From assembly GCA_950097015.1 (NCBI GenBank), contig CATNEN010000039.1, positions 15,376,001 through 15,440,000 on the forward strand: a DNA stretch of 64,000 nt, written 5' to 3'. Below the pieces are notes generated by a model. The model was not told the DNA's origin and ran no database searches. It saw only the letters and a program-made list of their open reading frames with translations. The stretch's first letter is position 1, and the number at the start of each line of letters is the position of its first letter. This DNA comes from Macrostomum hystrix. Lineage: Eukaryota > Animalia > Platyhelminthes. Positions 12,729-32,610 of this stretch are shown piece after piece. Made by a program: the position numbers and the translations under genes.

Positions 12729-13349
12729 AGTTGACATACCCTTTGCTATCTCGTTTTTCTAATATGTGTACTTTTTTCTGGTATATAGCGTCAGCTAAAA
12801 TTCCGAGCACTATTTCAGTGCCATAGACGTTAAACACGAAATATAAAGCCCGCAGCTTCATAGAACGCTTGCAGTTGTGAGCACCATGAGGCTCCACCAT
12901 ACTCTATTGTCGACTAAAAGAGCGGCTACTTTGATTTTTCAAACTCGATATTTTAAAGACCGAGAACTAATCTATTTTTTACGGTTGGCAATTTAAAGAA
13001 ACAAACAATATTTAATCTACAAAAGTTTTCGTAAATAAGTCGCTTTAGTCTATATTGAAGTTCAGAGTTCATCTATCTAACTGGGTATTTCATAACTCCA
13101 GACAGTTGTCAAAAGTACCATGTCGGGACCACTACAACTAGCTGGCTTAGTACTCAACGGTTTTACTAGTGAAATTTTTATTGAAAGTATCCCAATTAAT
13201 CCCTACTAATCCCACTCTACATAAGCTATAGATGTTAAAAATATATCACTTACGATGCTTTGAAGCATATCGCGCTTACTTAAAGTAGTACTTCGCTATC
13301 TTAAACATCTGAAATGGCAGGATCGGATATCGCAAACAAGCACTAATGG

Positions 13350-15429
13350 TTAGCGCCTTCTCTTTGTCTGCCTAATAGCGGCCTCATAGTTGCAGCAGCA
13401 GTCCAAGCAGCAGTGTCTCAGTCCCCTTGCAAAACAGCTGATTAGAGCGAGGCGGTACTCCGGCACCAGAGCGCAGCGCAGCATTGGTCTCCAAGCGCAG
13501 CCGCCAACCGCAAGCCAATAGGTGTAGAATGCCACCTCAGGCAGCAAAGCAACCTGCGACTCGATAGCCTGAGCGGCGATCCAAACCAACCAGAGGAACA
13601 GTTGAACAAACGAAGCGAAGAATGCCTCTGTATAATAGTGCTCGCGACTCGCGCCTCGCCAGCCAATCCGAGCCGTTTGACGCAATCGGCTGGCTTGAAA
13701 GCCGTCAGTCAGCATGTAGAAATTGGCGGCTGCTAGCGCGCATAGGGCTGGCGCATAGATCACTGCAAACACTGCGGCGTGGTAGCCGGGCTCCTGAAAG
13801 GGGTGGGGGTTAACGGAGAGATCACTTAGTGAAGTCCCCGATTTCCCCAACGAGATTTAAACACCAAGGTTTTCCCAAAGGGAATGGCCAACCGAGATTT
13901 CTTCATGGAGATTTCCCCACTTGGATTTTACCGCCGAGGTTTCCCTACCGAGATTTCCTCATCAATATTTCCGCGTCGAGAATTTCCACCGAGAATTTCC
14001 ACCGAATTTTACCTACCCAGATTTCTTCACAGAGAATTCCCCACTAGGATTTCCCTATCGAGATTTTCCCACCGAGATTGCCACACCGGGATTTCCACAC
14101 CAGGATTTCCACACCGGGATTTCCCCACCGAGATTTCCCCACCGAGATTTCCATACCGGGATTTCCACACCGGGATTTCCACACCGAGATTTCCCCACCG
14201 AGATTTCTTCTCAGAATTCACCACTAAGATTTCCCTATCGAGATTTTCTCACCGAGGTTTCCCTACCGAGATTTCCCCACTTAGATATCCCTGCCGATAT
14301 TGCCCTTCCATATTCTCTTGCTCAAGCTTCCAGAGCAAGAATCAACGAATCTATACTCGAACAATCTAGCTGCGATTCCATAGATGATTCTATTAACAAT
14401 CTACGATTCTTGAGTCGATTCCAAAGCCACGCACAGCCAACCAGTCGACGAAGCAGGCCGCGGTGGCGTCTTGAAACGCGGCCGGAGTAGGCGACACGGC
14501 AGTCGGCAGGCAGATGGCGACGGACAGATAGGCGCCGGCGATGACCCAGCAGGTGGATCGGACAGTGGACACGCCGCCACCAGCATCGGCTGCTGCACCT
14601 CGGGACCAGCGCCGATCTGCGCCTAATGAGTGGGGCCGTCGAAATGCGCCGAAATGGTCGCAACTGATTACAATCAACAGGTAACAGGTGAAATGAATCA
14701 GCCAGCTACCAGAGTAGGCTGCCAGCTCGCAGGGCAGGCGCCAACTCATTGGATGCTGCGCGAAATTGGAAAACATTAACAATCCCATAATTAGTTAAGC
14801 TATTGAAGCTTCATTTGCTAGATAAGGCTAGTAAAGGGTAAATGAATGGGAATCACGATAAAAAGGCTTAAGATATAAGCTAATTCTTATATCGTTGATT
14901 TAAGGAATTCGTTGTTGCCACGATTCCAACAACGATTCCAGCTAGGATTCTTGAGATGATTCCAGGGACGTTTCTTAAGGCGATTCCAGCTACGATAATT
15001 AATGTAATTTTAGCTACGATTCTTAAAGCGATTGGTTCTAGCTACGATTCTTGCGGCGATTCCAGAACGATTCTTAAGGCGTTTACAGCTCTGTCTAAAA
15101 CACCCGCGCTACCATTTAAGAGGTATTCTGTGAGTAAGTATTAACTAGCTTACATTTGTCACTGGCTGCTGCTGCTGCTGCTGCATTAGTCGAGTTGCCA
15201 GCGATAGACCAGGAAGCAGAAAGCCGGTTGCCAAGTCGGCAATGGTCAATGCGCCAAGGAAGACCCGATTGACGCAGCGATTGTGCCGGCAGGCGGTGCT
15301 GGCAGGCCGACTGCTGGGTAGCAACAGGGCAGCAACCGTGGCCGAGTTGATTAGCAGGCTGACGAGGATCAGGCCGAGTAGGAAGGCCGGCTCAAAGCTC
15401 GGCTTGCTCAGATCGATGCTTGACGACAT
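13350..15429 (-). CDS. Divergent rhodopsin-like GPCR, 3 exons, about 356 aa
   Basis: Exons 15429-15154, 14755-14405, 13793-13350, all phase 0; TM1 LINS, TM2 LTIADL, conserved Cys before TM3, DRY replaced by CDHF, seven hydrophobic segments. Confidence 0.8.
13830..14295. repeat. Degenerate ~14-bp intronic repeat GAGATTTCCCCACC
   Basis: Recurrent GATTTCC cores filling GPCR intron 2. Confidence 0.85.
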
Positions 15430-15487
15430 TGGCTAAACACACAGACGATTGGCAGTTGGTTGATAGTGAGCAAATTGATTGACAACT

Positions 15488-15630
15488 TTATTCTATTCTA
15501 TTCTATTCTATTCCATTCTATTCTATTTTATTCTATTCTATTCTATTCTAGTCTATTCTATTCTAATTCTATTCTATTATGTTCTGTTCTATTATATTCT
15601 ATTCTATTCTATTCTATTCTATTCTATTCT
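15488..15630. repeat. (ATTCT)n microsatellite
   Basis: Directly visible. Confidence 0.95.
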
Positions 15631-16336
15631 TCTCCTGGCATGGACTGAACAGATGCTTGCTGTGGCTGCAGCCCTGGCTGCAGTTCTGGTCCAGCTGAGC
15701 TAGGTGTGATTTCTCTCTGCTTTCCTCCCTCCTATAATAGGCTGCACAGTTACTAAATTATAAGGGCTTAAGTTGCCCTTCAATTAGGAATTTCCAGGAA
15801 ATCAAGCACTACTCACGAAGCTATTCTCGATAATCCGTTAATGGCCAGGTCACGCCACGGAACAAATTAATTGGCAATTAGTAACAATAAACTAACCAGC
15901 CACTTAAGACTGGTTCACTAGGCCATCAAACTAGGCCGGGAACACGATTGCGCATTATTATTTTATGACTATATCAAAAGCGAGACATTTGATGGCTACT
16001 CGGAAGAGACTAACTAATTAACACAAGAAAATGATTTGCGACTTTATTACGTTACTACTCGACCGTACATGTTTTTACTAGTTACTAGTACATGTCATAG
16101 TCAGCTACACTAGAGTTGACTAGATTAAAATAGATTAGATTAGATTAAATGTCTAGATTAAATTTCCTAAGGCAAACAGGTAAGACTGTGAATAATTGGT
16201 TCAGTTTTTTGCAACAGCCCTGTTCACATTTGAGAAATGGGCTCACATGTCAATAAAAATCAATCATAACGCTTAATTAAAAAAATTCAGTTTTTCATTT
16301 TTGAATCTGTTTAACAGCACTCAGGTATATTCTACC

Positions 16337-16379
16337 AAACTAACTAACAAACAAGAAACAAACGAACAAACAAACAAAC

Positions 16380-16411
<32 letters not shown>

Positions 16412-16451
16412 AAACAAACAAACAAACAAACAAACAAACTAACTAACTAAC

Positions 16452-16491
<40 letters not shown>

Positions 16492-16492
16492 C

Positions 16493-16527
<35 letters not shown>

Positions 16528-16568
16528 CAACTAACTAACTAACTAACTAACTAACTGACTAACTAACC

Positions 16569-16611
<43 letters not shown>

Positions 16612-16612
16612 C

Positions 16613-16649
<37 letters not shown>

Positions 16650-16692
16650 CTTAACCAACTAACTAACTAACAAACTAACTAACTAACTAACC

Positions 16693-16781
<89 letters not shown>

Positions 16782-16848
16782 ACTAACTAACTAACTAACC
16801 AACTAACTAACTAACTAAGGAACTAACTAACTAACTAACTACTTAACC

Positions 16849-16897
<49 letters not shown>

Positions 16898-16919
16898 CTT
16901 AACCAACTAACTAACTAAT

Positions 16920-16967
<48 letters not shown>

Positions 16968-16968
16968 C

Positions 16969-17000
<32 letters not shown>

Positions 17001-17012
17001 GACTAACTAACC

Positions 17013-17055
<43 letters not shown>

Positions 17056-17056
17056 C

Positions 17057-17093
<37 letters not shown>

Positions 17094-17136
17094 CTTAACC
17101 AATTAACTAACTAACAAACAAACTAACTAACTAACC

Positions 17137-17199
<63 letters not shown>

Positions 17200-17240
17200 C
17201 AACTAACTAACTGACTAACTAACTTAAATAACTAACTAAT
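16337..17240. repeat. (AACT)n/(AAAC)n microsatellite, about 900 bp
   Basis: Directly visible. Confidence 0.97.
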
Positions 17241-17532
17241 TTGTAACTGAAGTACTTACATCGTGTGCTAGCAAAATTTACAGCTCAGGCACGTTTTTTC
17301 GCAGGGCTACAGTACAAAATTGACAAGAATTTAATATTGCAACCAACCACAAATAGTCCTTTTATATTTTTGCGACTTCAAAATCTATACTTGTCATATG
17401 GTTGGCTGCAACAACTCAGTGCCAGCTTTGACCAATTATTTTGCTGTTATAGAAGTCATCAAACCAAGGAGACTACTTTCATGAGCAACTTTATAAACAG
17501 ACTGCAATTTGAAACAGATTTAGTCAGCACAG

Positions 17533-18120
17533 TCAGATGGAAGCATTTCCAGTGTTGAATCCGCGAATGCCGTTAGGTTTATCTTCGCACCGCCTGGCGC
17601 AGCAAATCAGAAAGCAGCTGGTGAGCATCAGGACAAGCGGTAAGCCAGCCAGGAGTCCTAAGCCCAGCCAGTTGAGCTGGTCAGCACGCCGAGCATTGCT
17701 AGTCAGACGGTGGCCAGAGTACAGCAAGCTGACGTAGGCCGCCAACAGCACGCAGAGACCTAAAAACTTCAGCGCTAGTCCTGCGCTACGCCGACAGCAG
17801 AAAAAACAGCCGGATCGAAATCTTTGCAAGTCGACAACTCTGACGACAATCAAACCCGCCGAGGCGCCAGCCGCTGTTGTCGCTGGACCAGCCGTCGCTG
17901 CTGCGCCCTCTTCCACCTGTCTTGACCGCGACGAAGACGACGAGACTGGCGCCTCGCAGGTTGAATCGCCGGACACAATGACAATGGAGGCTCCTGCCCC
18001 GCTGCCTTCCACTAAGCCGGTTCGATTCGGAGGACTTGTGCTGCTTTGAGCAGTTTCAACGCTGTTGGCGGATAACCCCGGCTGCTGCTGCTGACTATTG
18101 ATGCAGTTGTAAGAAATCAT
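17533..18120 (-). CDS. Unknown protein with low-complexity N-terminus and two C-terminal TM helices
   Basis: 195-aa GC-rich ORF in AT-rich context; hydrophobic LALKFLGLCVLLAAYVSLLY and WLGLGLLAGLPLVLMLTSCFLICC; juxtamembrane Cys clusters. Confidence 0.6.
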   Translation of the reverse strand: MISYNCINSQQQQPGLSANSVETAQSSTSPPNRTGLVEGSGAGASIVIVSGDSTCEAPVSSSSSRSRQVEEGAAATAGPATTAAGASAGLIVVRVVDLQRFRSGCFFCCRRSAGLALKFLGLCVLLAAYVSLLYSGHRLTSNARRADQLNWLGLGLLAGLPLVLMLTSCFLICCARRCEDKPNGIRGFNTGNASI

Positions 18121-18343
18121 TAGATCCTTATAGAAGCAAGCGTCTTATAACAGCGTTTTCTTCTGTCTAAGCGTATTTTTGTCAAAAAAAATGACTGCGA
18201 CAACCGATCTAGTACTTTCCGATTACCAATCAAACACTGGACATTAAATTTTATGCACTTTTGCCATAGACAAAACATATTATTATTATCTTTGCGTTCG
18301 GGTAGTCAGTTCTCATGCATGCGCTTGCTATGCCTCTAAAAGT

Positions 18344-18703
18344 GGGCCAGTGGCTGAGCGGTTAACGCGGTTGCCTCTCGAACCAGGGTCCCTAAAAATT
18401 CGATTCCGCAATGAGGCCATATTTATTTGGGGCGCAGCCGCGGAGAGAAGGCTTGGGGGCTTGTTGTGCAATTTACGCCCTTAATGGCCAACATCAAAGG
18501 CACACTGAATTTGTACACTGCCTGACGATGAGAAAGTCAGGGCAGATGTACACACCTGTGTGAGCCTGTGCCTGCGTACAGTATCTGTGTGCATGTGCTC
18601 AGGAGTCAGCGAAATAGGCAGAATTGCCTCCTCGCTGGCTGCGGGTCTAGTGTCACCAAATGATGCGCCATTGCCCACAGCCCTCTTGCAATTATTATTA
18701 TTT
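18344..18703 (+). mobile_element. tRNA-derived SINE, family A, full length
   Basis: A box TGGCTGAGCGG, B-box-like TTCGATTCC, (ATT)n tail, 16-bp TSD CTATGCCTCTAAAAGT at 18328-18343 and 18704-18719; four more related copies in the window. Confidence 0.92.
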
Positions 18704-18753
18704 CTATGCCTCTAAAAGTAGGAATGTAAGAAAATCATTCATATTTAAATACT

Positions 18754-19350
18754 TTTGCGTGCGCAAACCTTTGATATGGAATAGGGTTGATAAGATTTTA
18801 ACTGGTTCTTTGCGTGTGGAAACCTTTGATACGGAATAGGGTTGATAAGATTTTAACTGGTTCTTTGCGTGCGGAAACCTTTGATACGGAATAGGGTTGA
18901 TAAGATTTTAACTGGTTCTTTGCGTGCGGAAACCTTTGATACGGAATAGGGTTGATAAGATTTTAACTGGTTCTTTGCGTGTGGAAACCTTTGATATGGA
19001 ATAGGGTTGATAATATTTTAACTGGTTCTTTGCGTGCGGAAACCTTTGATAGGGAATAGGGTTGATAAGATTTTAACTGGTTCTTTGCGTGCGGAAACCT
19101 TTGATATGGAATAGGGTTGATAAGATTTTAACTGGTTCTTTGCGTGCAGAAACCTTTGATACGGAATAGGGTTGATAAGATTTTAACTGGTTCTTTGCGT
19201 GCGGAAACCTTTGATATGGAATAGGGTTGATAGATTTTAACTGGTTCTTTGCGTGCGGAAACCTTTGATATGGAATAGGGTTGATAGATTTTAACTGGTT
19301 CTTTGCGTGCGGAAACCTTTGATATGGAATAGGGTTGATAGATTTTAACC
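18754..19350. repeat. 55-bp minisatellite, about 11 units
   Basis: Unit TTTTAACTGGTTCTTTGCGTGCGGAAACCTTTGATACGGAATAGGGTTGATAAGA; the last units are 54 bp. Confidence 0.97.
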
Positions 19351-19756
19351 AGTACCAGCTAAAATTCCAACTGTGGTTCCTTCTACGATTCTAGTTCCTG
19401 CTGGGGAAACAAAAGTAAACATGTGGAAACATCGTACACGCTACTATAACGTTATATACATTTTTATTCTAGTAAACTTAGCAGAGTACCTAGTCTTTAT
19501 GATTCCCTGGAGTTTTATGTCTTACGTCTATGGTTAAAAGTAATCGTTTGGCTTTAATAATTTTTCTGGCTCTCTATGAAATATTTTCTTTCGTTAGCCT
19601 AAAGAAAGCGTTGTCTATGGCCTATTTGTGGTGCCGTTAGTAGAGAAGTATTTATTAGCAATCAGGCAAAGAATCAGAAGCAGAATTGTCCATTCAGTTG
19701 TTTACTGTGTTTAAAAATCTTTAAAGTGCATTCGAGCCACAAGCAGACAAGCTGCA

Positions 19757-27277
<7,521 letters not shown>

Positions 27278-27296
27278 GGCCTGAATGACTCACAGC

Positions 27297-27790
27297 ATGA
27301 CCAACTGACTATAAATGACTGGCTGTATGACCAACTGACTATAAATGACCGACTGTATGACCAACTGACTATAAATGACCGACTGTATGACCAACTGACT
27401 ATAAATGACCAACTGTATGACCAACTGACTATAAATGACCGACTGTATGACCAACTGACTATAAATGACCGACTGTATGACCAACTGACTATAAATGACC
27501 GACTGTATGACCAACTGACTATAAATGACCGACTGTATGACCAACTGACTATAAATGACCGACTGTATGACCAACTGACTATAAATGACCGACTGTATGA
27601 CCAACTGACTATAAATGACCGACTGTATGACCAACTGACTATAAATGACCGACTGTATGACCAACTGACTATAAATGACCAAATGTATGACCAACTGACT
27701 ATAAATGACCGACTGTATGACCAACTGACTATAAATGACCGACTGTATGACCAACTGACTATAAATGACCGACTGTATGACCAACTGACT
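27297..27790. repeat. 30-bp minisatellite CCAACTGACTATAAATGACCGACTGTATGA
   Basis: About 16 near-perfect units just after the stop codon. Confidence 0.97.
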
Positions 27791-28239
27791 GAGTAACTAA
27801 CTGAAAGACAAATTTAGTCACTAGTTGAATAAATAACTCGCTGACTGACTGCATTTGGTCAAATGACTGGCGAAATGGCCAAATGCATGACTTAAATAGT
27901 AATAGACTGTATTAATTATTGTACCAATTAAAATAGGGTATTTCTTCATTCGGTGTGGTCACTAGTTAGTTTTCTGTTGCAGTTTCCTGTTTTGTTAATA
28001 TGCGGCTAAACTACAAAGAAATAAAAAAGTTCGTTTTTGTGATTGATTTTATGTGAAAATTTGCTTTTTCTATTACCAAACAAAGGCTTTCACAACATGT
28101 GATGTTATGATAACAAAGCAAATCAAAACGATGAGACTAGGATAAAACAAAACAATATACAAGCAAACAATGATTTGATTGATGCAGATAACAAACAAGT
28201 CGGTGGAAGTTTCTGGATAAAATTGTTTTCTAAAATGAA

Positions 28240-28606
28240 GGGAAGTCGGTGGCAGAGCGGTTAACGCGTTTGCCTCTCGCACCAAGGTCCCTGAGCTCTC
28301 GATTCCGCGGCGAGGCCACATTCATTTTGGGGCGCAGCCACGGAGGGAAGTTTTGGGGGCTTTTCGTGCAATTTACGCCCTTAATGGCCAACCTCCATGG
28401 CACAGTGAGAGTTTGCGCTGTATGACGATGAGAAAGTCAGGGCAGATGTACACACCTGTGTGAGTGTGTGCCTGCGTACAGTATCTGTGCGCGTGTGCTC
28501 AGGAGTCAGCAAATTGGCAGAATTGCCTCCTCGCTGGCTGCGGGTCTAGTGTCACTAAATGATGTGCCATTGCGCACAGCCCTCCTGCAAGAATAATAAC
28601 AATAAC
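28240..28606 (+). mobile_element. tRNA-derived SINE, family A
   Basis: Colinear similarity to 18344-18703; AAT/AAC tail. Confidence 0.9.
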
Positions 28607-28735
28607 TTCATAAAATGTACAAATAGATTTCTGGAAGATGTATCAATCGATTCCTGGAAAATGTATAAATAGAAATCAGTTAAACCAATTAGTGATCCCT
28701 AGTTAATTAGATCTTGGATAAAAATGTTTTATAGT

Positions 28736-29211
28736 CTATAAAAAGTCTCGCCCATTTTGCTGCTTCTTTTTGTTTTTCGACTTGCGGCTCTTCTGCTTCC
28801 GGTGCAGCCACGGCTCAACTGGCGCGCCGCGCCCGCCCCAGAGTCCCCGGCTTGACCTCCTGGCTGCGTCCTGCTCGGCCTTGTACTCTGGGCAGCAGCG
28901 GCCCCGGTAGCACCAGGCAAGTCCGTTGGCCACCAGCCAGCGGTTGATGTCCGCGTTGTCGTGACAGACGAAGCCCAGAACGCGGCCGTACAAGTCCAGG
29001 CCTGGCGAGACAACGCACACCCGGCTGCCGACTGGCAGGCGTCGCGCCAGGGCCGACGTGGCTTCGGCACCGAACGGCTGGTCGAGCTCCGGGGCGTCGA
29101 TTTGGGCTAGCCGAATTCGAGTTGTCGACGACTTTGTTGAAGCTCCGTCAGCCTGCAGTCGCAGGGTATCGGCGTCGTGGATTGAAGCAACTCTGCCGCA
29201 CATGTACTTTT
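28736..29211 (-). CDS. Standalone thermonuclease (staphylococcal nuclease-like) domain, probable last exon
   Basis: HDADT, RIRLAQIDAPE, QPFG, DLYGRVL, INRWLVANGLAWCY, AARRSSRGLWG, EPWLHR; CAG acceptor at 29212-29214 or ATG at 29203. Confidence 0.9.
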
Positions 29212-29935
29212 CTGCGGATTCCGTAGAAAAATTAGATTTTTCCTTTCTAATTATTTCTCTTCTCCCATTCGTCTCTGATTGGCTCACACTTCGAGATAAC
29301 GATGGGGGCATGGAAGTGTATAATAAGGAGTGAGGACGGGCCAGAGGGTAAGGAATGAAAAGAAGGGGTTAGGAATAAGAGACGATTTGTGAACCAATCA
29401 GTGGCCAGAGAGAAATTTGGCAGTATTCGCAGCCAACAGCACAGCCGCAGCTATTGCGTGGCGCATCTGAAGAATGCGTACAGCTGTTCAGTCCATGGAC
29501 TGGGGGGACACCTCACGAATCCAGGGTTAAACAAAGAACAAGCTGTTGCTATGTTTTGCTTTATTTATTCTAACGTGTTTTTATAATTTTAATCAAACTA
29601 TAGTGCCTTTTTAATGTATATTTTTATACATTCTAATAGAGCATAACATCCTATGAGAACTTCTCTTATTAAAAAAACATAACAATTTTTCGGATCAGAT
29701 GTAATTTCTTGAAAATTTAGCCACAATTTAAGTAAAAGAAGTTTTCCAAAAACTTCAGTCCTGTTACACTCAACCATAGTGCTGCTAAAAAACTTTGAGA
29801 GTATGTAGCAAAACTTTTCTAAGTTAAAATCAGTCTTGTTTGACTTGGGGAGGTTGTTTTCGAAGTTGTAAATAGACTGCAGGTGAAACAGTCTTGTCCT
29901 GGGTAAGCTTGTTCAGCGAGTTACCCAATGTCTAA

Positions 29936-30363
29936 AGTGGAGGCTACAGTTGCACATGCAACCTCTAAGATGGGGGTGCTGCAGTTGCACATCACACCTC
30001 TAAGATGGGGGTGCTGCAGTTGCACACCACACATCTAAAATGGGGGTGCTGCAGTTGCACATCACACCTCTAAGATGGGGGTGCTACAGTTGCACATCAC
30101 ACCTCTAAGATGGGGGTGCTACAGTTGCACATCACACCTCTAAAATGGGGGTGCTGCAGTTGCACATCACACCTCTAAAATGGGGGTGCTGCAGTTGCAC
30201 ACCACACATCTAAGATGGGGGTGCTGCAGTTGCACATCACACCTCTAAGATGGGGGTGCTGCAGTTGCACATCACACCTCTAAGATGGGGGTGCTGCAGT
30301 TGCATATCACACCTCTAAGATGGGGGTGCTGCAGTTGCACATCACACCTTAAAAATGGGGGTG
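29936..30363. repeat. 35-bp minisatellite GTTGCACATCACACCTCTAAGATGGGGGTGCTGCA
   Basis: About 12 units. Confidence 0.96.
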
Positions 30364-31400
30364 TTAAAAATGTATAAATTTTAGACAATGCTGTTGTCGC
30401 ATATCACAACCCAAAAGGTATTACAAATTTCAAAGCCCATATGGCAGTGACTGTTTAAAATGTCACTAGACAAGAAAAATCATTCGATTTGGCTAAAAGA
30501 GGAATTCGGGTGCACTTTTTCCAATTGTTATTTTTCCTTGCAAGGCAAACTCTCCAAAAATCGCGCCTCCAGCAATTGAACACGGATCAATTTGTGTTTA
30601 CAGCCATGCAGCAAAGGCTAAGAAAAGATCTATCTATTGCACGCAAGATCCTCAACAACCTAATTGCTGCAAGATTGGTCCTCTGACAAAGCTTTGCCGT
30701 GTAGGAGAAATATAATCTATGAGCATCGTTCACTGTTTCCTGAGCAGACTGAGCAGTGGCGCTCAGCGTGTCAGAAATTTAAAATCGAAGCAAGCACAGA
30801 AGCAAACAAAAGAAAGATAATTACACCGATAAAGCTGCTTCATCGACTCGCTCATCTGCGTCTGAGTCAAATAAATACATTTTAATCAGGCCTAATTCAG
30901 GTTTAATCAGGATTCGCTTTTATTTTCTGATTAAATTTAGCGAAAAGAATAATTTTTTTTATTTTCAGATTTTACAATCTTCTTAGCAATAACAGTCGGA
31001 TTATTGTTGACAAGTTTACTTCTAGAACTGAAAGTCAGGATTAGCTGTCTTCATAGCGTTATTCGGGCCTACAAAGGAAGGCCTTGTTGGTGGGGATCGG
31101 AAGCGTGGGAGAAATATGGGAAGGGCGACAGACGATACATGAACACGGGATGGAGAAAGAGGGAAGTGAGAGAAAATATGAGATGTGGGAAAGGAAGAGA
31201 GGGGAGAGCGAGATATGGTTGAAGAAGAGGGAGGAGAAAGGAAGAGAGGGTGAGGAAAATATGAGAGATAGGAAGAGGTTAGAGTGAAGGAAATGGGAGT
31301 GAAAGAGGTGGGAGAGGAAGAGATAGGAGAGACGAGAGACGATTAGAACTCATAGTAAATTGCCAATGCTGAAATCTGGTATTATTTTGGGCAATCTCAC

Positions 31401-31542
31401 TTGCAGAGGCGCAATCAATGGCCATTTTAGACTCCTGCCAGCTGATCTTTCTTCGAGCAGCCGAGTTGCACAACTCGACTTCGATTGCCAATAGCAACAG
31501 CAGGCAGGCCGACAGCTGCCACAGACTCAAGCAGCTGGGATG
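31401..31542 (-). CDS. Candidate upstream exon of the thermonuclease encoding a hydrophobic signal/anchor
   Basis: TTTCAG acceptor, GTGAGA donor, phase 1 end matches the nuclease exon; encodes HPSCLSLWQLSACLLLLLAIEVELCNSAARRK; no ATG, so another exon is needed. Confidence 0.4.
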
Positions 31543-32340
31543 CTGAAATGCCGTTTGCAGAAACTTAATTTGTGTTAACCAGTTAGACTGGGATACAACC
31601 TGTGACCTGTTAGACAGAATTCTGTGGACTGTTACAATGGCGTGTCCACCTGATAAGACAAAACCCGGAAATGACTGCCACAAACTTTGTTCCAATTTGT
31701 TCGAGTCAGTTCGCTGAAATTTTTTAAAATCAAAACAGCTTTGTTCATTTTCGAAAATACTTCAAAGCTTTTTTATTTTTGTAATTTATTTAGCAGCAAC
31801 TGACTGAAACTTAAATAATTAATGCTAAAGGAAACAATGAACGGAACAGGTGCGTTGCTACATTAACTAGAAGCTAAAATGCTAACTGATGGATCTACAA
31901 AGGGGTAGTCAACTATGAATTACTGAGTGCTGGTGAGTAATTAAAAATTTGCACTTTCTACGTTTTTTACTTTTTTTCGTAATTATATTCGTCATTCAGC
32001 ACAGTCTCACACTCAAATAAAGTTCGAGGTAGATTTGATGGACAGGTGACTATTTGAGAAATAGGCAAACCAAGAATAGCCAACAGATAATCAGCTATAA
32101 TTAATATCCAATTAATTCGTCCGTGAGCTAAAACTAAAATCTTTGTTATAAAACAAATGATTGACAGATCAGAGCCGAACTGCTCTGTGTGCGATTATTG
32201 TAACAAATTCATGTGAGACTAAGATAGTTATTAAGCGTCTTGAAAAGTGCGAACTCCACTCCCAGCAGAACCAATTGAAGATCTTCTCAACCGAGAACAG
32301 AACATATGTCGATCGTCAAGCTCTAGCCACTATAGTCTAG

Positions 32341-32535
32341 AGGGGGCTGAGTGGCAGAGGACACGTTCATTAAGGGCGCAGTCGCGGATAGAAGGCCGCC
32401 AAAACTACAAGGAAAGTGAGCACTGACCGCCTCGTGATAAAAAAGCCGGGGCAGATGTACACACCTGCTGTGCTCAGGAGTATGCGGAATGTGGCAGATT
32501 CGCATCCTCGCTGGCTGCCGCGGGCCTAGCCTACC
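32341..32535 (+). mobile_element. Diverged, internally deleted relative of SINE family A
   Basis: Shares GGGCGCAG, GGGCAGATGTACACACCTG, TGCTCAGGAGT and TCCTCGCTGGCTGC blocks. Confidence 0.75.
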
Positions 32536-32610
32536 AAGCTTCCAGAGCTTTTTAGTTCAATATGCCCCCTCCCAACCCTAAAAAAATCCCTGCTTGTCCA
32601 GTAGTTCAAG

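Larger units (their letters stand above)
11029..12907 (+). mobile_element. Crypton-like tyrosine-recombinase DNA transposon with imperfect inverted ends
   Basis: YR coding region inside; 11029-11050 ATAGAGCATGGTGATGCCTCAT vs reverse complement of 12886-12907 ATAGAGTATGGTGGAGCCTCAT (19/22); further inverted motifs GCGGGCTTTA and CGTCTATGG. Confidence 0.7.

Noticed and set aside
18518-18546. Hammerhead-like CTGACGA...GAAA in SINE A
   Set aside because: No stem II, the segment forms a simple hairpin, and the core is not conserved in the 41601 copy (CTGACTATAAGAAA)
18622-18650. HDV-ribozyme-like CCTCCTCGCTGGC in SINE A
   Set aside because: Could not build consistent P1, P2 and P3 helices
28736-29311. 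Bacterial contamination as the source of the thermonuclease; also the 191-aa ORF start at 29311
   Set aside because: It is directly flanked by host SINE and satellite DNA with no bacterial neighbours; the first ~33 codons precede a CAG acceptor and show no nuclease similarity
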